Of a DNA stretch of 64,000 bases, positions 10,222 to 18,721 are shown piece after piece. The notes beneath the pieces are model-generated. The model worked only from the letters and a program-made list of their open reading frames with translations. It was not told the origin of the DNA and made no database searches. Made by a program: the position numbers and the translations under genes. Source of the stretch: Fidelibacterota bacterium (GTDB lineage Bacteria > Fidelibacterota > UBA2242); contig JADHWC010000003.1 of the NCBI GenBank assembly GCA_016783665.1, positions 1,959-65,958 of the forward strand, read 5' to 3'. The first letter of the stretch is position 1; each line of letters begins with the position of its first letter.

Positions 10222-10287
10222 ACCCCCGAAGGGGCAGGCCCGCCTGCTCCCGAACCGCTACGGCGGAGAGGGTGGGCAGGCAGAGCC
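10222..10287. repeat. GC-rich palindromic element E1 (REP-like)
   Basis: A ~65 bp segment of >65% GC in ~35% GC surroundings (cccccgaaggggcaggcccgcctgctcccgaaccgctacggcggagagggtgggcagg). It shares gctcccgaac...gagaggg(t/c)gggcagg with the element inside hsdS (19419-19497, opposite strand). Confidence 0.7.
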
Positions 10288-10340
10288 AAAAAGGAAAAGA
10301 GTTAAAAGTGAAAAATGAACAGGCTGTTCCAGTCCAGGCG

Positions 10341-10490
10341 ATTCTGGATACTGGATTCTGGATACTGGATTCTGGATTCTGGATACTGGATTCTAGATAC
10401 TGGATTCTGGATACTGGGTACTGGATTCTGGATACTGGGTACTGGATTCTGGATACTGGGTACTGGATTCTGGATACTGGGTACTGGATA
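10341..10490. repeat. Tandem heptanucleotide array (~21 x [a/t]ctgg[a/g]t) with a 21-bp higher-order unit actgggtactggattctggat x4
   Basis: Direct reading shows attctggatactggattctggat... ending in four perfect 21-mers, in the divergent region between htpG and the receiver/hydrogenase operon. The 79-aa ORF listed here is its translation. Confidence 0.9.
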
Positions 10491-10798
10491 AGAAAAAAAA
10501 CAAGAATATGATTAGTAAGGGACTAATTGTTCACGAAATACGCTATAAATTGTAAATCTTTTGGAGTTTTATGGCAAATATTGTATGCTCCTTTAGATTT
10601 CATTTATTATATTACGGCGCTTTGATGGTTTATTGAAAACACTATAGTACGTATCAGATATCTAACAGCTAAGCGTATATGATACAGTTGCAATAAATTC
10701 TCTGTAAATAAGCCCCTTTTATCAGGCTATTTTAAATAGTATGACCGGGGATAATCGTACATAAAAAATATTAGATCACATTTTAGGAGGACTGTTTA

Positions 10799-11170
10799 AT
10801 GGCGAAAATATTAATAGTCGATGATGACGAAGACTTTGTATCGGCTGTCAATCTCTTACTGAAAAGCAACGGTTTTGATGTTGCAATTGCAAATTCCCGC
10901 CAGGAAGGAATGGAAAAATTTGATGAAGATAATCCGGACCTGGTCTTATTGGACGTGATGATGGATGAACCGGATGACGGATTTGTAATGGCTCAATCGC
11001 TCAAGAAAAAAGCGAAGGACATCCCGGTTCTGATGTTAACAAATGTCGGACAGGTTACAGGTCTGGATTTTGACAAAGACAGTGAAATGGTTCCCGTCGA
11101 TGATTTTGAGCAAAAACCAATTATGCCAAATATATTACTTGATAAAATAAACCAACTTCTTGGCAAATAA
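10799..11170 (+). CDS. Stand-alone response-regulator receiver domain protein (CheY-like)
   Basis: 123 aa: ILIVDDDEDF...LVLLDVMMD (acidic pocket and phospho-acceptor Asp) with AGGAGG RBS; sits immediately upstream of the hydrogenase genes. Confidence 0.8.
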   Translation: MAKILIVDDDEDFVSAVNLLLKSNGFDVAIANSRQEGMEKFDEDNPDLVLLDVMMDEPDDGFVMAQSLKKKAKDIPVLMLTNVGQVTGLDFDKDSEMVPVDDFEQKPIMPNILLDKINQLLGK

Positions 11171-11182
11171 GGAGATAGGTCA

Positions 11183-12919
11183 ATGCAAATTATCGATAGA
11201 CAAAAAGTAAACAAACAAATTAAGGAACTGAAGAAAAAATATGGTGACGATCGCTCCGCTCTAATGCCGATACTTCAGGACCTTCAGGAAATTTACGAGT
11301 ATCTTCCGGATGTTGTAATGCAGGAGACGGCGCATTCTCTTGGAATTCACCCTGTGGAAGTTGAAGGTGTTGCCAGTTTTTACAGCTTCCTTCGCACGAA
11401 GGAAAAACAGGGCAAATATGTCATCCGGCTATGCCGGACAATTTCCTGTGATCTCGCCGGCAAATCAAATGTTGCCCGCCAGCTGGAAAATGAAATGGGC
11501 ATCAAATTCGGCGAAACAACAAAAGATGGAAAATTCACACTCGAATATACAAACTGCCTTGGAATGTGCGATCGAGGACCTGCCCTGATGATCAATGATC
11601 GTCTGTTTGCAAAGGTAGATCCTGAGAAAGCATCTCAAATCATAGCAGATTGTCGCAGGGATTTTTTAAAGAGCGACTTTCCGAAAGTTGTTCCCTCAGA
11701 TGTTAAGAAAGCCGGACCGATCCTGGATCATGGTTTAAAACCTGCTGAAGCAATAAAAAAAGCGCTTAGTATGTCACGCTCGGAAATCATTAATACTATC
11801 CGTGAATCCGATCTAAAAGGTCGCGGAGGCGCAGGTTTTCCTACTGCTGTTAAATGGCAGCTCGCCGGCGCCGCAAAAGGCGAAAACAAATATGTCGTCT
11901 GTAACGCCGATGAAGGTGAACCGGGAACTTTCAAAGATCGTATGCTGCTTTACGAACATACCGATTTTCTTCTTGATGGAATGACCATTGGCGCTTATGC
12001 AATCGGCGCTTCAAAAGGTTTCATCTACCTGCGTGGTGAATATCTCTATATGAAAAAATATCTTGAGGAAGCCCTGGAAAATCGCCGGTCGGAACATCTG
12101 CTTGGAAAAAATATCCTCGGGAAAGATGGTTTTCACTTTGATATTCGAATCCGAATGGGAGCCGGCGCTTATGTATGTGGTGAAGAGACTGCCTTAATTG
12201 AATCTCTTGAAGGCTATCGCGGTGAACCCCGCAACCGTCCGCCCTTCCCTGTCGACACAGGATTCCAGGGTAATCCGACAATCGTCAACAATGTCGAAAC
12301 TTTTATTGATTCAGCCTTGATAATTGTAAAAGGGTACGAGTGGTTCAATATTCATGGAACAGAAAAATCGAAGGGCATGAAGATCTTCAGCATCTCAGGC
12401 GATTGCGAACGTCCCGGTATTTACGAGTTTCCTTTCGGAATTAAGGTTTCCGAATTATTAAAAGAAGTTGGCGGTGAAGACGCAAAAGCAGTCCAGATTG
12501 GCGGCGCTTCCGGTCATTGTATATCACGAAAAGACTTTACCCGTACTATTGCTTTCGAAGATATCGGATCGGGCGGTTCAATTATTGTTTTCGGGCCTGA
12601 TACCGATATGCTGCAGGTAGCCAAGAACTTCCTTGAATTCTTCGTGGAAGAATCCTGCGGACAATGCACACCTTGCCGGGATGGCAATCCGAAGCTGCTC
12701 GAAGGTATCGAAATGCTCGAAAATGGACGTTGTTCCGTTACCTATCTCAATGAATTAAAAAAATTAGGCGAAACGATTCAGAATGCATCAAAATGCGGTC
12801 TTGGCCAATCAAGTCCTAACGCATTCTTATCTATTGTTGACAATTTTAAACCAGAAATCCTTGGCCCGGCAGCTGCCGGGAAGCTGACTAAGGAGGAGCG
12901 CTATGCAAGAAAAAGATAA
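11183..12919 (+). CDS. NuoE-NuoF-like fusion (HydC/HydB-like NADH-binding flavoprotein subunit of a multimeric [FeFe] hydrogenase)
   Basis: N-terminal thioredoxin-like [2Fe-2S] NuoE domain (CRTISCDLAG...CLGMCDRGPA); NuoF FMN/NADH motifs (RGRGGAGFPT, GAGAYVCGEETALIESLEG); 4Fe-4S motif ESCGQCTPCRDG. No extra C-terminal ferredoxin domains. Confidence 0.88.
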   Translation: MQIIDRQKVNKQIKELKKKYGDDRSALMPILQDLQEIYEYLPDVVMQETAHSLGIHPVEVEGVASFYSFLRTKEKQGKYVIRLCRTISCDLAGKSNVARQLENEMGIKFGETTKDGKFTLEYTNCLGMCDRGPALMINDRLFAKVDPEKASQIIADCRRDFLKSDFPKVVPSDVKKAGPILDHGLKPAEAIKKALSMSRSEIINTIRESDLKGRGGAGFPTAVKWQLAGAAKGENKYVVCNADEGEPGTFKDRMLLYEHTDFLLDGMTIGAYAIGASKGFIYLRGEYLYMKKYLEEALENRRSEHLLGKNILGKDGFHFDIRIRMGAGAYVCGEETALIESLEGYRGEPRNRPPFPVDTGFQGNPTIVNNVETFIDSALIIVKGYEWFNIHGTEKSKGMKIFSISGDCERPGIYEFPFGIKVSELLKEVGGEDAKAVQIGGASGHCISRKDFTRTIAFEDIGSGGSIIVFGPDTDMLQVAKNFLEFFVEESCGQCTPCRDGNPKLLEGIEMLENGRCSVTYLNELKKLGETIQNASKCGLGQSSPNAFLSIVDNFKPEILGPAAAGKLTKEERYARKR

Positions 12920-14831
12920 ATTATTTGAAGAAACAAACCGGTCCCCTAAAAGTACAAAAACGGCTTCCGTAAAAATACCGGTAAATACTGAGGCGATTGG
13001 TGCGCTTATTAAAGTCACTATCGACGATAAAGAGATCAGAGTTCCAATGGGAACCACAATTCTCGAAGCTGCCGGAAAGCTCGGGATAAACATTCCTACA
13101 TTATGCTATCATGAAGACCTGTGTATCAGCGGTGTCTGTCGTATATGTGTTGTAGAGATTGAAGGATATAGAACGCTTCAGGCATCTTGCGCTTTTACGA
13201 TCACTCAAGCGATTAATGTTCATACTCACACCCGTAAAGTCCGCCAGGCGCGCCGTCATATACTTGATCTTCTGCTTTCGAATCATTATGGCGAATGCTA
13301 CACTTGTGTTCGGAATAACAATTGCGAACTACAGAAATTAGCCAATGAATACGGCGTTGATTTTTACCGCTTCGGACATGTTGAAAAACCGACTTACGGT
13401 CGTGATGAATCTTCCTATGCAATTGTCCGCGATATGGATAAATGTATCATGTGCCGGCGTTGCGTACGCACCTGTATCGATCTGCAGGAAGTCGGCGTCT
13501 ATGAAGCTATGAATAAAGGCGCTGAAACCCATATCGGAACATTTATGGATAATCCCATGGCGCAGTTGATCTGCATCAATTGCGGTCAATGTATCAACCG
13601 CTGCCCAACCGGCGCATTACATGCTAACGATCCGTCAGACACAATCTGGGCGGCAATCGACGATCCGACAAAACATGTTGTAATCCAGACCGCTCCGGCC
13701 CCGCGTTCGGCGATTGGAGAATGCTTCGGACTGGAACCCGGCAAACCACTTACATTCGAAATGAATACAGCGATGCGCTATTGTGGCTTTGATAAGGTAT
13801 TTGACACAAACTTTACGGCAGACCTTACAATTATTGAAGAAGGCACTGAACTGATTCTGCGACTGTATAATGCGCTTGTGAAAAAGGAACAGCAAGCCCT
13901 GCCGCAGTTCACATCCTGTTCGCCGGGCTGGGTAAAATATATCGAACATTTTAATCCGGAAATGTTAGCACATGTCTCCTCTGTTAAAAGTCCGCAGCAG
14001 ATGTTCGGTGCGGTTATTAAAACCTATTATGCCGGACTCAATAATATCGATCCGGCTGATATTGTCACGGTGGCTTTAATGCCCTGCACGGCAAAGAAAT
14101 TCGAATGCAATCGTCCTGAAATGAACGATTCCGGTTTTAAGGATATTGATTACGGTTTAACCACACGCGAACTGGCGCAGATGTTTAAGGAAACCGGCAT
14201 AGACCTGGTAAATATGAAAAAATCGGATTTCGACGATCCTTTTGGAACTGCAACGGGTTCCGGCGTTATTTTTGGCGCAACCGGCGGTGTGATGGAATCC
14301 GCTCTCCGCTCGGTATATGAATTCATTTCCGGCGAAAAGATCGAGAATCTGTTCGATCATGCCAGGATTGTTCCGGTGCGTGGATTTGAAGGCGTTCGCT
14401 ATGTGGAATTGCCCATTGCCAAAGTCGGACCCGTGCCGGACATCCTCAAACATCTTGTTCCCGATTGGAACTGGCTGAAGGGCGTCACATTGAAAGTTGC
14501 GGTATGTCACGGTACTGCAAACGCCAAAAAAATTCTCGATGATATAAAAGCCGGCGGCAGAATGAGTGAATGCCATTTTATCGAATTCATGGCTTGCCCG
14601 GGCGGATGTCTCGGCGGCGGCGGTATGCCGATCCCGACCGATGAAAAGATCCGCGCTGCCCGCGCTAAAGCAATTTATGCCGAAGATGAATCCTCCGAAG
14701 TCCGGAAATCCTATGAGAATCCCGCTATTATAAGACTCTACTCTGAATTTCTCAGCGACGGACCATGTGGACATAAAAGCCATAAATTGCTGCATACCGG
14801 TTACACGCCGCGAGGGAAAAAACTGGTTTAA
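12903..14831 (+). CDS. hydA: [FeFe] hydrogenase catalytic subunit HydA (M3-type, with N-terminal [2Fe-2S] and accessory [4Fe-4S] domains)
   Basis: H-cluster motifs L2 MPCTAKKFE and L3 EFMACPGGCLGGGG are present; L1 reads TSCSPGW rather than the canonical TSCCPxW; N-terminal CYHEDLCISGVCRIC [2Fe-2S] and CxxCxxCxxxCP ferredoxin motifs; overlaps the upstream gene by 17 nt. Confidence 0.9.
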   Translation: MQEKDKLFEETNRSPKSTKTASVKIPVNTEAIGALIKVTIDDKEIRVPMGTTILEAAGKLGINIPTLCYHEDLCISGVCRICVVEIEGYRTLQASCAFTITQAINVHTHTRKVRQARRHILDLLLSNHYGECYTCVRNNNCELQKLANEYGVDFYRFGHVEKPTYGRDESSYAIVRDMDKCIMCRRCVRTCIDLQEVGVYEAMNKGAETHIGTFMDNPMAQLICINCGQCINRCPTGALHANDPSDTIWAAIDDPTKHVVIQTAPAPRSAIGECFGLEPGKPLTFEMNTAMRYCGFDKVFDTNFTADLTIIEEGTELILRLYNALVKKEQQALPQFTSCSPGWVKYIEHFNPEMLAHVSSVKSPQQMFGAVIKTYYAGLNNIDPADIVTVALMPCTAKKFECNRPEMNDSGFKDIDYGLTTRELAQMFKETGIDLVNMKKSDFDDPFGTATGSGVIFGATGGVMESALRSVYEFISGEKIENLFDHARIVPVRGFEGVRYVELPIAKVGPVPDILKHLVPDWNWLKGVTLKVAVCHGTANAKKILDDIKAGGRMSECHFIEFMACPGGCLGGGGMPIPTDEKIRAARAKAIYAEDESSEVRKSYENPAIIRLYSEFLSDGPCGHKSHKLLHTGYTPRGKKLV

Positions 14832-14855
14832 ATTATCTTTGCGATAAAATGAATA

Positions 14856-14883
14856 AGGCTATCCGATTGGGTAGCCTTTTTTC
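14856..14883 (+). terminator. Rho-independent terminator after hydA
   Basis: ggctatcc-gatt-gggtagcc hairpin followed by TTTTTT. Confidence 0.75.
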
Positions 14884-14939
14884 AATTTCATCTCATTCAC
14901 CTCGTTCCCAAATTTAATTTGGGAATGAGTCGAAATCCA

Positions 14940-17888
14940 TTACACTTTCTCTGAATAATCCTCAAACAACACTCTTTTCACATACTGATTCCGTTTGGGC
15001 TCAGTGAGCTTTTTGTAAAAACCCAAACTATCATCCACCAATCCTTGTAGTAATTTGTCAAATACCTTGTTGAACATAAATCTTTTATTGGATTCTGTGT
15101 TATCACCAAGATGAACTTTCCGTAGTTCCTTATCCTCATTCAACCGGGTTTGTATTTTTTCCAAATTCACTTTGTCATCGTCGTTCAAATCACTACCAAA
15201 GTTCTCATTTAGGACTTGTATGATATGGGATAGTAAATCTTTGAGTTCTTCGGGTGGAGATTCACCCACCCCGGTTGATATAGGTTGTAACTCCCCATCC
15301 TCATACATCAGGGAAATCGGATAGCTATGTTTCTTCTCAATCCTGAAATACTCCAAATCCACATAGGAAAAAACATCTGCCAATCTATCTCTTGTTCTCC
15401 TGGGGAGTTTCCTGTTCAGGAATCGCAGGAAGATATACAGTTTTTCAAGCTTTATATCTTTGAAAGTGATGATTTGAGAAATGTATCCGTACAGTCTAAT
15501 AAAACTCTGAATCTGATGACGGAAATCTTCCCTTTCTTCTTCCTCCAACCTCTTCCAATCTTCTACCACATAGTCCAAAATGGGTTGTAGTTCTTCATCG
15601 GGTATTCTGTCATCGTAGAACTTCTCTATCAACTCATTTACTGTTTCATCCCGGAATAGATTGTATTTCTTTATTTCTTGTTCAATGGAATACAGTTTGT
15701 TGGGGTCGGTTTCCTCTACAAGTAGAGTCCCTTGATAGTATGGTTGGAATGAATCCTGAATGATTTCCGGTTTATTCACAAAGTCCAATACAAGAGTGTC
15801 AGTCTTACCTGTCATCGTTCTGTTCAACCTGCTCAAAGTCTGAACGCACTGGAGTCCTTGAAGTCGTTTATCTACATACATTGTATGAAGTAACGGTTCG
15901 TCAAATCCTGTTTGAAACTTGTTACAAACAATCAGGATTCTATACTGCGGGTCTTTGAAGTTCTCCTGGGTCAATCTTTCAGGGAAACCGTTCAATGATG
16001 GCTCTGTATATTCCTTGTGAGTATCCTTATCATACACCGTTCCACTAAATCCAACCAGGACTTTGAATGGAAATTCCATTTCTTTTAACTGCTTATCAAA
16101 TTCAAGTTTGTATTTGACACAGTGAAGTCTTGAGCGGGTCACCACCATTCCGCGACTCTTGCCGCTTATTTTTAGGGAGCTATGGTTCAGGAAGTGTTCT
16201 AAAATGATTTTGGTTTTTTCAGAGATGGTATGCGGATGAATATCTACATATTTCACCAACATCTTTTTTACACGACTTTCGGGCAGTTCCTTATCCTCCT
16301 CAATCTTTTTATTTAGACGGAAATATCGCTCATAAGTGGTGTAATTCTGTAAAACATCAAGAGTAAAATTTTCTGAAATACTCTGTCTCATTGAATACAA
16401 ATCAAAAGAAACGAACTGTCCGTCCTCGTTCTTTCTGCCAAAGATTTCAAATGTTTTATTCTTCGGTGTTCCACTAAAACCGAAATAGGAAATATGAGCT
16501 TGTCTTCCCCTTGAAATAATTTCATCTAATATCAGTTTATCCACTTCGGTAAGGTCATCCCAATCCTCACCTTCCTGGAACTCATCCAATACAGATTTGG
16601 ACAGAGATTTTTTCAGGTGTTTGGATGTTTCTCCACTTTGAGATGAATGAACTTCATCGATGATAACGCCGAACTTCTTACTTTTCAGTCTGGATATGGA
16701 ATCTGATATAACAGGGAATTTCTGAACTGTGGTAATGATGATGGATTTCCCCAATTCAAGGTATTCTTTCAACTGTTGGGAATTGACATCCACAGGATTC
16801 ACTACACCTTTGGTTTGTTCTAACTGTTTAACGGTATTCCGTATTTGTTTGTCTAAAACCTTTCTGTCTGTAACTACAATTACAGAATCAAACATACCTT
16901 CCGTGTCTGCGGGAGTTCTGTAAAGAGAAGTCAATAGATGAGACAACCAACCAATAGATAAGGATTTACCACTTCCTGTGCTGTGTTGTATCAGATAATT
17001 ATTTCCAACACCTTCTTCAACTACAGATTTCTTCAAGCTCCTGATGACATTCAATTGATGGAATCGGGGGAAAATCAGAAGTTCTTTTTTCTTATCAACC
17101 ACTTTCCCAAGCTTTGAATCATACACCTTCTCTTTTTCTTCACGGATATGAACAAAGTTCTCTATCAAATCCAACATACTGTTGGGATGTAGAATATCCT
17201 CCCACAGATAATGGGTTTTATGTCCTTTAGGATTGACAGGATTTTCAATGTCTTTGTTGTAAGGAAGAAACCGTGTCTTACCACCCATCAACCGTGTCGT
17301 CATTGACACTTTTTCATTCCCTACAGAAAAATACACAAGATTCCGTTTGAATCTGAACAACGGTTCTTTGGGATCGCGGTCATACTTCCATTGTTTCTCA
17401 CCGTCGATATGGTTCTGTCCCGTGAGTGTGTTTTTCAGTTCCATCATCACGATTGGGATTCCATCGATGAAGATTCCCATATCAATAGAGTTCTCATTTT
17501 TCAGAGAGTATTTCAGTTGTCGGATGACGGTAAAACGATTCTGTTTGTATAAATCTTTATGTTCAGGATTCAGCCCGCTCCTGGGCTGGAAATATACCAG
17601 GTGAAAATCACAGCCCCTGTCCTTGACGCCATTCCGTAAGACATCGATAACCCCTCTGTTTTCAATTTCTGTGGATACTCGTTTTATCAGTTTGATTTCT
17701 GTTTCAGAACCATATTGTAATTCAAGTTTTTCAAGGGTTTTAGCCTGGGTTTCCTGAATGAATTCAATCAGTTGGGCAGGAATAAGACAGAGAGTTTTAT
17801 CATATATGGATGGGTCTGATGAAGAATAACCACTACTGACAAGATGTTCTTCAATGTGTTCTTCAAAGTCTTGTTCAAGGTAATTCAT
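14940..17888 (-). CDS. hsdR: Type I restriction enzyme R subunit HsdR
   Basis: 982 aa with an N-terminal PD-(D/E)xK nuclease motif (IDGIPIVMMELK), SF2 helicase motif I (HSTGSGKS) and motif II (DEVH); lies in an hsdM/hsdS context. Confidence 0.85.
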   Translation of the reverse strand: MNYLEQDFEEHIEEHLVSSGYSSSDPSIYDKTLCLIPAQLIEFIQETQAKTLEKLELQYGSETEIKLIKRVSTEIENRGVIDVLRNGVKDRGCDFHLVYFQPRSGLNPEHKDLYKQNRFTVIRQLKYSLKNENSIDMGIFIDGIPIVMMELKNTLTGQNHIDGEKQWKYDRDPKEPLFRFKRNLVYFSVGNEKVSMTTRLMGGKTRFLPYNKDIENPVNPKGHKTHYLWEDILHPNSMLDLIENFVHIREEKEKVYDSKLGKVVDKKKELLIFPRFHQLNVIRSLKKSVVEEGVGNNYLIQHSTGSGKSLSIGWLSHLLTSLYRTPADTEGMFDSVIVVTDRKVLDKQIRNTVKQLEQTKGVVNPVDVNSQQLKEYLELGKSIIITTVQKFPVISDSISRLKSKKFGVIIDEVHSSQSGETSKHLKKSLSKSVLDEFQEGEDWDDLTEVDKLILDEIISRGRQAHISYFGFSGTPKNKTFEIFGRKNEDGQFVSFDLYSMRQSISENFTLDVLQNYTTYERYFRLNKKIEEDKELPESRVKKMLVKYVDIHPHTISEKTKIILEHFLNHSSLKISGKSRGMVVTRSRLHCVKYKLEFDKQLKEMEFPFKVLVGFSGTVYDKDTHKEYTEPSLNGFPERLTQENFKDPQYRILIVCNKFQTGFDEPLLHTMYVDKRLQGLQCVQTLSRLNRTMTGKTDTLVLDFVNKPEIIQDSFQPYYQGTLLVEETDPNKLYSIEQEIKKYNLFRDETVNELIEKFYDDRIPDEELQPILDYVVEDWKRLEEEEREDFRHQIQSFIRLYGYISQIITFKDIKLEKLYIFLRFLNRKLPRRTRDRLADVFSYVDLEYFRIEKKHSYPISLMYEDGELQPISTGVGESPPEELKDLLSHIIQVLNENFGSDLNDDDKVNLEKIQTRLNEDKELRKVHLGDNTESNKRFMFNKVFDKLLQGLVDDSLGFYKKLTEPKRNQYVKRVLFEDYSEKV

Positions 17889-18089
17889 TTTTCCAATTCT
17901 TTTCTAAAGTTTGTCTAATTTAGTAAAGAAACTGCGTGATTCAAGTGATAATACATAATTCGAATAACTCCTTGTTATAGCGATAGATAGATGTATTCAT
18001 ATCCTGCATTTCAATCTTATTTGCTATCAATTCAACACCCTTCTTTACTAAAACTTTACTAATTCTTTACTAAAATCCATTTTCTACCA

Positions 18090-18665
18090 CGTAACCCACG
18101 AATTTATTCGTGGGTGATACAATAATGTCTAAACCAAACCGATTCATCGGTTTATCTCCAGATTATGCAACTTCATGAATTGTTCATATTCCTCTTTGAA
18201 GGTCATTTTACGATGATGCTCTTCTTGCGTTCGGATGTATCGTTCGACTTTTCCCACATCAGATTCACTAACAGAAAACGCTCCATAGCCAACCTGCCAA
18301 CTGAATTTTAATTGTACTAAATCCTCCTGATTAATCCAATGAGACGTTTCCCCTTTGATAGATTTCATTACTTGAGCAATTGAGACCTCTCTGGAAAGTA
18401 AAAATAATTGATGCACATGGTCACTTGTCCCATTGATAATTAGAACCTTACAATCCATTTCCTCCAATTTCTCGTATAAATGGGTATGTACATCTTTACG
18501 GATAGCATTAACAAGCAATGGTCTCCGATCTTTAGTTCCAAAGATGCCGTGTATCCATAATTTTGTTAGTGAGTGACTCATAACTTTCCTTTGTATAAAC
18601 CGTTAAAACGGTTTCCTTTTTGTTGTTGTTCATGCTCCCACGATTGAAATCGTGGGTTTCTAACA
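18090..18665 (-). mobile_element. IS200/IS605-family (possibly RAYT-like) element inserted between hsdR and hsdS
   Basis: A Y1/HuH tnpA gene is flanked on each side by a pair of hairpins in mirror arrangement. Left side: cccacgaatttattcgtggg then aaccgattcatcggtt; right side: aaccgttaaaacggtt then cccacgattgaaatcgtggg. Confidence 0.7.
18144..18581 (-). CDS. tnpA: IS200/IS605-family tyrosine (HuH, Y1) transposase TnpA
   Basis: 145 aa with HuH motif (SDHVHQLF) and a C-terminal catalytic Tyr region (ERYIRTQ); N-terminal WIHGIFGTKDRRPLL resembles IS200 TnpA and RAYT. Confidence 0.8.
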   Translation of the reverse strand: MSHSLTKLWIHGIFGTKDRRPLLVNAIRKDVHTHLYEKLEEMDCKVLIINGTSDHVHQLFLLSREVSIAQVMKSIKGETSHWINQEDLVQLKFSWQVGYGAFSVSESDVGKVERYIRTQEEHHRKMTFKEEYEQFMKLHNLEINR

Positions 18666-18721
18666 ATTGTTTATCATTCAGTCCTCGATTGTGATTGTGG
18701 ATTGCTTCGTATGGTTCGCAT

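Noticed and set aside
10321-10340. Similarity of GATTCTGGAT in the repeat to the conserved tmRNA 5' end (UGAUUCUGGAUUCGAC)
   Set aside because: Only a 10-nt match; the downstream GGAUUCGAC and the tRNA-like 3' end are absent, so it is coincidental.
10341-10490. Possible CRISPR array
   Set aside because: The units are 7 bp and contiguous with no spacers and no cas genes nearby, so it is a minisatellite-type tandem repeat, not CRISPR.
10272-10511. 79-aa ORF translating to DTGYWILDTGYWILD... repeats
   Set aside because: It is simply the translation of the heptanucleotide tandem array; there is no start context and it lies in a divergent promoter region.
13101-14795. Several minus-strand ORFs inside hydA (for example the 212-aa ORF at 14157-14795)
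   Set aside because: They are antisense to a highly conserved [FeFe] hydrogenase reading frame and Cys/His/Phe-rich as expected from reverse-reading Fe-S protein genes.
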